DNA of 64,000 nt from Bacteroidales bacterium (GTDB taxonomy: Bacteria; Bacteroidota; Bacteroidia; Bacteroidales; PUMT01): assembly GCA_046483315.1 (NCBI GenBank), contig JAWODJ010000015.1, positions 457 through 64,456 of the forward strand, given 5' to 3'. Under the pieces are notes generated by a model. That model searched no databases. It worked only from the letters and a program-made list of their open reading frames with translations, and was not told the DNA's origin. Position 1 is the stretch's first letter. Every line of letters starts with the position of its first letter. The translations under genes were made by a program, and so were the position numbers. This document shows positions 30,610 through 39,051 of this stretch, one piece after another.

Positions 30610-31437
30610 TCAGGGCAAAGCTCCGGGCGAATAAATTGAATATGCCGATCCCACTGCCGTGCTGTATTCAGCATAATCAGGAATAATAAACTCTTTTCCG
30701 AACAGTTTGCCAAGTCTTTTAAATATTTTTCCTGCCTGCGGCAGCCTTACCAGCTTGCCGGTAAGCACTATCTGATCAATATTATGCTCACGTGAAGCAA
30801 ATACGCCCATCATGCCAATACTCTGGCATACAAGGTTTATGAGGCCCAAAGCCAGGTCTGCACGGTTTGCCTTATCGGAATGCTTGCCAAAATTTGAAGC
30901 AGTGGCAGAGAGCGGGATATCTCCCATCTCAACCTGGGTGATATCCCTTATGTTAAGATCAATATTCCCCAGGTTGCCTTCATCTGCCAGGTCAACAATG
31001 TTCTGAAAATCTGTTGTGTTCAATACATACCTTGCCAGACCGATAAGTGTTCCTCCACCCACCCCTGAGCCGCCAAGGTGCCTTATCTCTTTCCCATCGG
31101 CCAGCACTATGGCAGTTCCCGTACCCATACTTACCACAACGGCCTTTTTAAACCCCGCAAGAAACAGACCCCCGTGCCCTATGGCAGTAAATTCAGGTAC
31201 TCTCTTTACGGGAATCCCGAACAGCTCATTGCCAAGCGAGTTTGCTCCCACACCGGTAACAGCTATATTATCAATATCTTTAAGCTTCAGTAAAAATTCA
31301 TCAGTAAACTTGCCAAGGGCACCTGAAGCAGATGTAACAGGGTCATCAGCCTGCACCGAGATAACACCGCACACCCGTGATTTCCTGAATCCGGCAATCT
31401 TGGTTGTGGTTCCCCCTATATCAATGCCAAGGATCAT
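30610..31437 (-). CDS. type II pantothenate kinase-like (fumble/ASKHA) protein
   Basis: 275 aa. ILGIDIGGTTTK, GGSGVGGGTLIGLARYVL, NIDLNIRDI and ATASNFG run parallel to Staphylococcus type II PanK (GGIGTGGGMIQGLGYLL, NTIDLKVRHI, TAANFG), recalled from memory. Confidence 0.6.
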   Translation of the reverse strand: MILGIDIGGTTTKIAGFRKSRVCGVISVQADDPVTSASGALGKFTDEFLLKLKDIDNIAVTGVGANSLGNELFGIPVKRVPEFTAIGHGGLFLAGFKKAVVVSMGTGTAIVLADGKEIRHLGGSGVGGGTLIGLARYVLNTTDFQNIVDLADEGNLGNIDLNIRDITQVEMGDIPLSATASNFGKHSDKANRADLALGLINLVCQSIGMMGVFASREHNIDQIVLTGKLVRLPQAGKIFKRLGKLFGKEFIIPDYAEYSTAVGSAYSIYSPGALP

Positions 31438-31565
31438 AATTTATCCAATAAGCTGCCAAGTTAAAAAATATATTCTAATATTGTACCGGAATAGACTTTT
31501 ACCCGGAATCCCGGCCGGGATGACAGGCAGATAACCCTGCCCGGCGGCTCTTAGTTAAAGTATCC

Positions 31566-32273
31566 ATGTGCAGAAGAAATAAATATTGTGTTCCCGAGCC
31601 AGTGCTGTTCAACTGCCTGAAACACCATGCCGGTTACGTTGCCGGATTCATCAGTAATTATCCCGCTCCCGGGTTAACCTCAGCCGGGCATCCAGATAAA
31701 GAAAACAATACAGGTAAAGACACGAGTCACCCTGGTCAGGCTGATCATGAAAGTTTAACGGGCCTTCATGGGCATACAGGATTGTCGGAAGCTGGCAAAA
31801 AACTCCAGCAGCAACTCACCGCAACAGGAAAATCGCAAACTGACTTTTATACGGGAAGGCTTACCCCCCTAAAAATCGCCCGGGAGATAAAAAGTTTCCT
31901 TGAAGGCAAAAAACTGCTGGAAAAAGCTTCATATCTTCAATGGCTGGACCGCCCGGGATCATTATACAGGATAACGGAAATAAGTGACGGATCGGTTTGG
32001 GTACTTCTGCCGGGAAAGACTGAAGGCCGCCATGTTCATATCCATCCTGCCAGATATTCACCGTTAACCCTGAGAATAAGATCCGAAACACTTAAAACCG
32101 CAATTGCGGTTTTATGGTACTGCAACCTCTGCGGCAGGGATCATAATGATCTGAAAGTGGTGAATGAGGCACGCGAAAAACTGCTTGGCCTTTCCCCCGT
32201 CAGGGAGGTGAAAGCGCAACGCGGAATTGGTAAAATAATAAGGATACTGACACAGATGGCTCTTTCAAAGTAA
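31566..32273 (+). CDS. hypothetical protein
   Basis: 235 aa ORF, convergent with the Trx-TrxR gene. The C-terminal half looks globular and I recognise no family. Confidence 0.4.
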   Translation: MCRRNKYCVPEPVLFNCLKHHAGYVAGFISNYPAPGLTSAGHPDKENNTGKDTSHPGQADHESLTGLHGHTGLSEAGKKLQQQLTATGKSQTDFYTGRLTPLKIAREIKSFLEGKKLLEKASYLQWLDRPGSLYRITEISDGSVWVLLPGKTEGRHVHIHPARYSPLTLRIRSETLKTAIAVLWYCNLCGRDHNDLKVVNEAREKLLGLSPVREVKAQRGIGKIIRILTQMALSK

Positions 32274-32383
32274 ACCTGTTAACCCCGTTATCGTTGCTAT
32301 ACCGACTGCAGGAGAGCATACTGCAGGGGAAACGCAGATAAAAGATCTTTTTTGCCCCGGTTAACCGGTAAGGGATATACCCC

Positions 32384-33652
32384 TTACTCCAGCTCTTTTG
32401 TAATGGCAATGGCCGCTATTGTTCCATCTGCAACCGCAGTGGTGATCTGGCGGTATTTCTTGCTGTTGATATCGCCAACCGAATAGACACCCTCAATGCT
32501 TGTCTGCATATCCTCATTGGCTTTAATATAGCCCCACCGATCCACTTCCAGCTTATCACTGATCATTGAAAGGTTGGGTATCAGCCCTATAAAAACAAAA
32601 ATGCCATCGGTAACAAGAACTTTGCGCTTACCTGTTTTAAGCTCCTCGACCTCCACTTCCATCTTATCTCCTTTCCGGGCGAATGAACGAGGCTCATGTT
32701 CAAAAAGAAAAGAAATTTTGGGATCAGCAAGAGCTTTTTCCTGTGCCTCTTTATTTGCCTGTAATTTATCAAACTGGTGTACCAATGTGATCTTAGAGGC
32801 AAATTTGGAAATAAAGGCCGACTCTTCAATAGCTGAATTACCACCGCCAATTACAATAACCTCCTTGTTATCGAAATATTTGGCATCGCATGTTGCACAA
32901 TAGGAGATACCGCTTCCCATGAATTCCTGCTCACCCGGAATATTCAGCTTCCGGGGCGAGGTGCCTGTTGCAATAACTATCCTTTTTGCCCTTATCGTTT
33001 CATAATCATCTATCATGATCTCTTTTCTTATAAGGTCAACCCTGGTAACATCAACGGCCACCTTATAGATGGTCCCGCATCTTTTTGTCTGTTCCGACAT
33101 GTTGTGCGACAACATATATCCAGGCTGAGGCTCAATAAATCCGGGATAATTCGACACCATGTGGGTAGTTGCCACGTATCCGCCGGGAAGGGCGACATCA
33201 ATAAGGGTTGTATCAATTTTTGCCTGGCACAGGTACAATCCCGCCGTCAGTCCCCCGGGACCAGCTCCCAGTATCGCCACTTCAGTGTCCGTAATAACTG
33301 GTTTCACTCCCTCCATGATACTGTCTGTCTTCTCCTTCCCTGCCAGATGGCGGATCTCCCTAACTATTTCCGAACGTTTAATGCCACCTGAGAGCCTCTG
33401 GCAAACCTCCCGGCCATCTTCATAAAAAAGAAGGGTAGGCGACGACCTTACTCCCAGCTTTTCGGCAAGCTCCCTGTTTCCCTGCCTGAATACCTTAACA
33501 AAGGTCAGCTCGTTTCCGAACAGTTGCTCCAGGCTCTCAAGCTTTGGTGCGAGAGCATCGCAGGGTGGGCATTCCGTAGAATAAAAATCTACCAGCACCG
33601 GTCCACGGCCACTGATAACATCATTGAATTCATTTGCAGTAATCTCTTGCAT
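32384..33652 (-). CDS. thioredoxin / thioredoxin-reductase fusion protein (N-terminal Trx, C-terminal low-Mr TrxR)
   Basis: 422 aa. The Trx fold has VLVDFYSTECPPCDALAP. The TrxR half has the FAD motif ILGAGPGGLTAG, the redox dithiol YCATCDA and a second dinucleotide motif VIGGGNSAIEE followed by HQFDKLQA. Confidence 0.85.
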   Translation of the reverse strand: MQEITANEFNDVISGRGPVLVDFYSTECPPCDALAPKLESLEQLFGNELTFVKVFRQGNRELAEKLGVRSSPTLLFYEDGREVCQRLSGGIKRSEIVREIRHLAGKEKTDSIMEGVKPVITDTEVAILGAGPGGLTAGLYLCQAKIDTTLIDVALPGGYVATTHMVSNYPGFIEPQPGYMLSHNMSEQTKRCGTIYKVAVDVTRVDLIRKEIMIDDYETIRAKRIVIATGTSPRKLNIPGEQEFMGSGISYCATCDAKYFDNKEVIVIGGGNSAIEESAFISKFASKITLVHQFDKLQANKEAQEKALADPKISFLFEHEPRSFARKGDKMEVEVEELKTGKRKVLVTDGIFVFIGLIPNLSMISDKLEVDRWGYIKANEDMQTSIEGVYSVGDINSKKYRQITTAVADGTIAAIAITKELE

Positions 33653-33748
33653 GGCTTAAAAAGATTTATTATTACATTAACTTTTTCTCTCCGGAGCGGA
33701 CAAACGGGTGTCAAAAGCCGATGGTACGCCGAATCAGAAACTATATAT

Positions 33749-35062
33749 CTATTTATTTACCTTATCCGGGAAATAAGCAGCAATCCCCAGCTCCAGCAGC
33801 TCTTTTACCGGCCTGCAATCCGGACTGTGTCTGCTTCCGTTCCGGTTCTTTGAAACGGCCGCACAGCCTCCGCCGCAAAGCAAATTCAGGTTACAGTTAC
33901 TGCACTCACTTATTGAAAGTATATCCCGGTCATTCCACTCCTCTATCTTCTCTTCATACATCACCCTTTCGGGGAAAAATCTCCCAAGCTCCTCTCCCTT
34001 CTTCCCTGCGGTTGCAGTGCATGCATAAATACTGCCTGTATAGTCGAAAGCCCATTCCGTTTTTGTGCCGGGACAGGCATCAAAGAGTGGTGCGGGCAGT
34101 TCACCGGTTTCATACAGTGCCCTGGATACAGAAAAGGATGGTTTGTGAAACTCAAGAATGTGAGGATACTCTTTCATTAACCTGTAAAGTTCAGTATACA
34201 TCTCAATACGCGAAAATAGCCTGCCTCTTTTTACCTGGCAATCATGCAGCTCATAATTCCTTCCAAGTTGTGTACTGAACAGCGGTGATCCGGTCCATCC
34301 CCTGTCAATGGAGAAACGCGCCAGTGCGGGTATATTGTCAATGTTTTCCCTGTCTGCCACAACCCTTAGATTGACCGGGATATTATTCTCCAGCAACAGG
34401 TCCACCCCTTCTGTAATCCTGTCAAAGGTACCTTCACCGCTTTTCAGGGTACGACGGCGGTTATGAACATCACGGGTTCCGTCAAGAGTGACCTGGATTT
34501 CCCTGATTTGTGCCTGCCTGAACAGGCCGATATACTCAGAAAGGTGATATCCGTTGGTAACAACTGCGATACCGGTTTTCATCTCATTTGCACGTTCAAT
34601 GATGTAACCTACGGTGTTCATATGGCTTCTGCCGGGAAGCAGGGGTTCGCCCCCGAAAAGGGTTATATACCTGCGCCGGTTGACAAATTCCGTTTCGATA
34701 TGTTTGAAAAAGGCATCAATAACCTCCTTATCAAGTCCGGCTCCTTTAACATCGTAATCGCCCTGGTAACAATAAGAGCAGTTAAAATTGCAACTGTAGG
34801 TGGGAACAAAAAACAGCTGAACCTCATCTGTTTCCCTCTCATCCAGGAACTGAAGGTAGGCTTTTCTGAACAGGGACTTTTCAGCTTCGGGATCAACAAT
34901 GTATCCACGTCCGGCAAGGTCAGGATGGTTCAGGTTTCCTTCCTGCATGCCCTGCCAGGTATTCCTGTCAATAATATCGGCACTTCCGTAAAGGGAGTTA
35001 AGGATAAAGTACTCATCCGAATCTCTTATCTCTGAGATAATATTAAACCTGGATAATTCCAT
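33749..35062 (-). CDS. radical SAM / SPASM-domain enzyme, peptide-maturase-like
   Basis: 437 aa. The CxxxCxxC motif is in PTYSCNFNCSYCYQ, about 90 residues from the N-terminus. The full SPASM pattern is present: C-x12-G-x4-C (CPGTKTEWAFDYTGSIYAC), then CSNCNLNLLCGGGC (C-x2-C-x5-C-x3-C), then a distal Cys (SPDC). Confidence 0.85.
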   Translation of the reverse strand: MELSRFNIISEIRDSDEYFILNSLYGSADIIDRNTWQGMQEGNLNHPDLAGRGYIVDPEAEKSLFRKAYLQFLDERETDEVQLFFVPTYSCNFNCSYCYQGDYDVKGAGLDKEVIDAFFKHIETEFVNRRRYITLFGGEPLLPGRSHMNTVGYIIERANEMKTGIAVVTNGYHLSEYIGLFRQAQIREIQVTLDGTRDVHNRRRTLKSGEGTFDRITEGVDLLLENNIPVNLRVVADRENIDNIPALARFSIDRGWTGSPLFSTQLGRNYELHDCQVKRGRLFSRIEMYTELYRLMKEYPHILEFHKPSFSVSRALYETGELPAPLFDACPGTKTEWAFDYTGSIYACTATAGKKGEELGRFFPERVMYEEKIEEWNDRDILSISECSNCNLNLLCGGGCAAVSKNRNGSRHSPDCRPVKELLELGIAAYFPDKVNK

Positions 35063-35063
35063 G

Positions 35064-35075
35064 CTTTCGCGAAAG
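35064..35075. promoter_or_regulatory. perfect 12-bp palindrome CTTTCGCGAAAG abutting the radical SAM start codon
   Basis: Read directly from the sequence. It is separated by 1 nt from the ATG at 35062..35060. Confidence 0.3.
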
Positions 35076-35225
35076 GATATGAACGGGGACTTTTATCCGG
35101 GGAATGACAATTTTACTCTTTTACTTACGGACGTTTATGCCGGTAACCCGGGTTTATCCAAAAAGTTATAACAACCTTGCAGTGTCCACTTCCCGGTATT
35201 TAACTGACTAATCCGGTTTTATTTC

Positions 35226-35324
35226 TCAGTCATGACACCCGGCCACGATCTTTGATTTCTTTGCACAGCATTGTGCCTGCACAGACTTCCTCTCTTCTGT
35301 ATTCTTTGTAGTCAGACTCTTCAT
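35226..35324 (-). CDS. candidate precursor peptide (32 aa, 3 Cys)
   Basis: Below the ORF-track size cut-off. Hand translation gives MKSLTTKNTEERKSVQAQCCAKKSKIVAGCHD followed by a stop. It is co-directional with, and 163 nt upstream of, the radical SAM gene and is preceded by a TAnnTTTG box. Confidence 0.35.
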   Translation of the reverse strand: MKSLTTKNTEERKSVQAQCCAKKSKIVAGCHD

Positions 35325-35369
35325 CGTAAATATTTTAAACTGTATTCAACTTATAGCTTTTATTATCTG

Positions 35370-35377
35370 CAAAGATA
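35370..35377 (-). promoter_or_regulatory. Bacteroidota -7 promoter box TATCTTTG
   Basis: Exact TAnnTTTG match on the minus strand, 46 nt upstream of the small-ORF ATG (35324). Confidence 0.35.
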
Positions 35378-35471
35378 TAAAATAAATATCAATATATCTG
35401 TAAAGGTATCTCCCCCTTTATTCATCACCCGGCAACCCGACAGGCTTCTTTGGACAGGCACGTTTCGAAAA

Positions 35472-35503
35472 GAAAAAAACAGATAAAAAGCCGGTAGCCG
35501 GCT
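35472..35503 (-). terminator. intrinsic terminator of the TonB-dependent receptor gene
   Basis: On the minus strand, AGCCGG-CTA-CCGGCT is followed by TTTTATCTGTTTTTTT, located 23 nt after the stop at 35526. Confidence 0.6.
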
Positions 35504-35525
35504 GCTGTTTTCCAGGGCGGGAAAT

Positions 35526-37751
35526 CTAAAAATTTCCGGTAAGGCGCATGCTGAAATTACGGTGAGGCCTTATATCACCCGGGCGGCCCATATATTCGGT
35601 ATTGAGAACGTTCTTTACCACCATTGACATCCTTAGTTTTTCATTTATGGCATAACCAATGTGCGGGTCAACCAGAAGATGCCCCCTGACGGATTCATTC
35701 CAGTAATCATAAAAACCGGGGAGGATCGTTTCCCTGGTAAGTTCATTCAGAAAAACATCATCGATATTCAGTATTGGTGAACCGGCCTGCAGACTGAACC
35801 CAAAATCATATCTCCCGTATTCACTTCCCAGGCTAAGTGTAACCGAATGCTTGCGCCTGTATTTAAGGTATACATCGCCTCCTGCAGCAGTTCGGGAGTT
35901 AACCTCCACAGGGTATATGAATACATATCCGCCGGTGACTGTATTGTTGAACCTGCCCGCCGGGCCGGACAGGGCAAATTCAATTTCTGTACCATACACC
36001 CTCGAATGCTCAACATTGGTGGCCATGAATCTGGGAGGGAAGTAAAAAAGATACTCAATCATATCTTTATTACGCGAGTGAAACACGGCAATATCAAGCT
36101 GCCCGTTCAGCCGTCCGGTTAGTATCCCCTGCTTGATTCCCAGTTCAGAGCTCCAGCCTGATTCGGGGCGGATATCCGGGTTCGGAACTATTCGCACCGA
36201 ACCCATGGTTGTTGCTGCATGTTTTTCAGCAATGGAGGGATAACGGTATCCCTGTCCGAAAGATGCCCTTAAAAAAGTGTAATCCAGCAACCTGTAATTT
36301 ACTCCTGCCCGGAAAAGAGGAACAAGCCTGTCCCACAGCCCGTCAAGTGTATTATGCTCAATCCGTATACCGGCAACCACCTTCAGTCTTTCGACAGGAG
36401 CAATTTCAGCCTGGGTATAGCCAGCAAGGTTAAAAGCATGATGATCACCGTACAGGGCCGAGTATATACGGCTGTAGTTTTCCATTATACCGAGATTAAT
36501 ATCAACCAGCCGTGACAAAGTGTACCTAAACTGATACTCTGCCAGAAAAGAGAGTGCACGGCTGTCGTTTTGCCCCGCTTCGGGAAACCTGTTTCCTGAA
36601 GATTGAAGCCTTGTCCTCAGGTCATGCATGTAACGGGTTCCACTTTTCATGCTGATGTATGGATCAATAGTAATAAGGCTTCCGTTTAACTTATTTGCAG
36701 TGGACTCATCCTGCTTCAAAGCACCTGACCAGGCATTCTCCCACAATATGAAATCTCTCTTCCCGGTGATACCGGCATTCATGCTAACACCGTATGAAAG
36801 ACCTTCAAACCGTTCATCATCATGCTTAAGACTCAAATTGAGCCTGCCCAGTTTCTCATCGTTAAGTTTCCTGTAGCCATTGTCATTAAGAAGATGAAGG
36901 GCAACACTCATACCTGTGTTACCGTATCTTTGCATATGAGAAAAAGATGCACTCTGCCAGGTTCTTGGTGAATCCCACCATACCCATTCCCCCCGGCCCG
37001 GCCGGCCAAAAACTCCTGCCTCTGAAAAAAATCTTGTAACAGGCTCACTGCCTGCTTCTGCAGTCCTGAAATTAATTACACCATTGAGGGCGGAAGATCC
37101 GTACAAAACCGATGATGCACCTTTTATAATCTCTATCTGCGAGATATTCTCAAGAGGAAGGAACTGCCATTTTATATTTCCGGCGTCAGCCGATAAAACC
37201 GGCAATCCGTCAATAAGGGCAATAACCCTGCTTCCCGCACCGTAACTGAAGCCACTCCCTCCCCTTACAGAAGCCTGTCCGTCCAGCACTTCTATTCCGG
37301 GTGTTTTATTAATCAGTTCGGTTGGGTCAGTGATATGAGAGGAGGAAATCATTCCCGGCTTTATAATGTTTACCGAGACCGTAAGTTCAGAAACTCTTTG
37401 TTCAACCTTACCCGCACTTATTACAATCTGGTCTATCTCCGCAGCATCATATTCGAGTCCCACATCCAGAATAACAGTATCGCCCGGCGGCACATGGACC
37501 GTACGTGTTACTGAGGCATACCCCACATACCTGAATGTGATACTTATTCTCCCGGTGCTGGTATTTGCCGTATAAAACCCCGTCCTGTCAGTTACAGTAC
37601 CCTGACCCTTCCCGTAAAGAACACTGGCTGAAGGTAAAGGCTCCATCGTTTGCCGGTCAAAAACCCTTCCCTTAACAATACCCTGGCCATAGGAGGTCTT
37701 ACAGGCAAGAAACGAAAAAAGAAAAAGGACCGCAAGCAGCCGGTTGATCAT
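35526..37751 (-). CDS. TonB-dependent receptor with CarboxypepD_reg N-terminal domain
   Basis: 741 aa. It has a signal peptide, IVKGRVFDRQTMEPLPSASV (carboxypeptidase-regulatory-like), a plug, a long beta-barrel and a terminal aromatic residue (..RLTGNF). Confidence 0.85.
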   Translation of the reverse strand: MINRLLAVLFLFSFLACKTSYGQGIVKGRVFDRQTMEPLPSASVLYGKGQGTVTDRTGFYTANTSTGRISITFRYVGYASVTRTVHVPPGDTVILDVGLEYDAAEIDQIVISAGKVEQRVSELTVSVNIIKPGMISSSHITDPTELINKTPGIEVLDGQASVRGGSGFSYGAGSRVIALIDGLPVLSADAGNIKWQFLPLENISQIEIIKGASSVLYGSSALNGVINFRTAEAGSEPVTRFFSEAGVFGRPGRGEWVWWDSPRTWQSASFSHMQRYGNTGMSVALHLLNDNGYRKLNDEKLGRLNLSLKHDDERFEGLSYGVSMNAGITGKRDFILWENAWSGALKQDESTANKLNGSLITIDPYISMKSGTRYMHDLRTRLQSSGNRFPEAGQNDSRALSFLAEYQFRYTLSRLVDINLGIMENYSRIYSALYGDHHAFNLAGYTQAEIAPVERLKVVAGIRIEHNTLDGLWDRLVPLFRAGVNYRLLDYTFLRASFGQGYRYPSIAEKHAATTMGSVRIVPNPDIRPESGWSSELGIKQGILTGRLNGQLDIAVFHSRNKDMIEYLFYFPPRFMATNVEHSRVYGTEIEFALSGPAGRFNNTVTGGYVFIYPVEVNSRTAAGGDVYLKYRRKHSVTLSLGSEYGRYDFGFSLQAGSPILNIDDVFLNELTRETILPGFYDYWNESVRGHLLVDPHIGYAINEKLRMSMVVKNVLNTEYMGRPGDIRPHRNFSMRLTGNF

Positions 37752-38164
37752 TTTGCTTTGAATGTCATCCGGATATTAAATTCTTCCTCAGGATTAAGGG
37801 GATTTGGAAAATCAGTTGTGATCTTCAGTGAAGAAGATGTCAGTTCAGCAATTTTAGTTGTAAGTGGAAAATCCAGGGCATCTGTAATAATAACAAGCTC
37901 CGTCTCTTCCTTTTCAAATCTCCATGTACCGGTATAATCACCGAAATAACCGGTACCATCGGCATTGAACTTCACATCACCGTTGAAATCACCCAGCAGT
38001 TCCCCTGATCCACTGGCATCAGAACCGTTAACAAGCAAACTGTCTGATACCCAAACAGGCGTTGTCAGCATGTCAAATCTTGCAGATACCTCATCTTCAT
38101 CCTTATCACACGATACAATGATAAGGGCAGACAAAAACACTATAAACAAGCCCAGTTGCTTCAT
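37748..38164 (-). CDS. small lipocalin-like lipoprotein
   Basis: 138 aa with the lipobox LIIVSC. It overlaps the TonB receptor start by 4 bp (ATGA). Its composition is beta-rich. Confidence 0.55.
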   Translation of the reverse strand: MKQLGLFIVFLSALIIVSCDKDEDEVSARFDMLTTPVWVSDSLLVNGSDASGSGELLGDFNGDVKFNADGTGYFGDYTGTWRFEKEETELVIITDALDFPLTTKIAELTSSSLKITTDFPNPLNPEEEFNIRMTFKAK

Positions 38165-38241
38165 ATTATTATATTTAAAATAGATGATCCATTAATATTA
38201 TAAATTTCAGATGACTGATTCATACTGCTGTCAGATACGAT

Positions 38242-38865
38242 TCACTCTTTTATGCCCGTTACGGTAAAACTGCAAACATTAATCCTGCCTTTTTCATAAG
38301 GCCTGCTTTCTTCAATTATTCTAACCTGTTTGAATCCTGCTCTCTCAATCGTTGCAAGATATTCATCCCTGGTAACAGCTCCTGCCCAGCATTCAGCAAC
38401 AGCAACAGGGTCAGAACTATACTCATCCGGCACCGGTTCAACAGAATAGATATCACTTATAACAAAACGCCCGCCCTTCTTAAGCAGGCGGAAGATCTCC
38501 ATCCATACCCGGTCTTTCCTGTCCACATGATTAATGACACAGTTTGAAATAACGAGGTCGGCAAGGTTACTGCTTAGGGGTATTTCCCGAAGCCCTGACA
38601 AAATAAACCCGACATTGTCAATACCTAGTTTATTTGCAGCAGAGCGGCCCTTATTGACCATTTCAGGCGTTGCATCAACTCCATAAACAAAACCTTTGCT
38701 GCCGACAATATCTGCCAGTCTTATCACGTCGGTACCACGGCCGCTGCCAAGGTCAATACAAATCTCACCGGGTGCTGCCCCGCTTTTTTCCATTGCCCCG
38801 CCGCAGGAGAGGCAGCAATTATCATCCGCAAGCCGGGAGTAACGAAATTTTACCGCATCTTCCAT
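38242..38865 (-). CDS. class I SAM-dependent methyltransferase (ArsM-like short form)
   Basis: 207 aa with SAM motif I (ICIDLGSGRGTD). CCLSCGG near the N-terminus and DLVISNCVINH resemble arsenite methyltransferase family members. Confidence 0.75.
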   Translation of the reverse strand: MEDAVKFRYSRLADDNCCLSCGGAMEKSGAAPGEICIDLGSGRGTDVIRLADIVGSKGFVYGVDATPEMVNKGRSAANKLGIDNVGFILSGLREIPLSSNLADLVISNCVINHVDRKDRVWMEIFRLLKKGGRFVISDIYSVEPVPDEYSSDPVAVAECWAGAVTRDEYLATIERAGFKQVRIIEESRPYEKGRINVCSFTVTGIKE

Positions 38866-38891
38866 AATTTCCCTGTCGAATTATTCTTTGC

Positions 38892-38899
38892 AAATGTAA
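38892..38899 (-). promoter_or_regulatory. Bacteroidota -7 promoter box TACATTTG
   Basis: Exact TAnnTTTG match, 27 nt upstream of the methyltransferase ATG (38865). Confidence 0.4.
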
Positions 38900-38912
38900 A
38901 TAAAATTTTTTC
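38893..38912. repeat. 20-bp exact direct repeat copy 1 (AAATGTAAATAAAATTTTTT)
   Basis: Identical to 39032..39051. It overlaps the -7 box. Confidence 0.85.
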
Positions 38913-38979
38913 ATCAAAAATTATACACAGTCAGATGAAAAAATTTTTATGTTAAAGCGAAGCGGTTCCTCCTGTAAGT

Positions 38980-39010
38980 CAAAATTTTGTATTTTCTGAA
39001 CAAAATTTTG
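38980..39010. promoter_or_regulatory. twin palindromic decamers CAAAATTTTG-N11-CAAAATTTTG (candidate operator pair)
   Basis: Two identical self-complementary 10-mers at 38980..38989 and 39001..39010, 21 bp start to start. They are enclosed by a 9-bp inverted repeat, CTCCTGTAA (38969..38977) and TTACAGGAG (39023..39031). Confidence 0.35.
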
Positions 39011-39031
39011 GCTTCTTGTTTTTTACAGGAG

Positions 39032-39051
39032 AAATGTAAATAAAATTTTTT
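39032..39051. repeat. 20-bp exact direct repeat copy 2 (AAATGTAAATAAAATTTTTT)
   Basis: Identical to 38893..38912. The flanking base turns the -7 box into TACATTTC. Confidence 0.85.

Noticed and set aside
35363-35425. Alternative 20-aa mini-ORF (MNKGGDTFTDILIFILYLCR) upstream of the candidate precursor
   Set aside because: It overlaps the predicted -7 promoter box of the 32-aa ORF and is hydrophobic with a single Cys. It is less plausible as a maturase substrate than 35226..35324.
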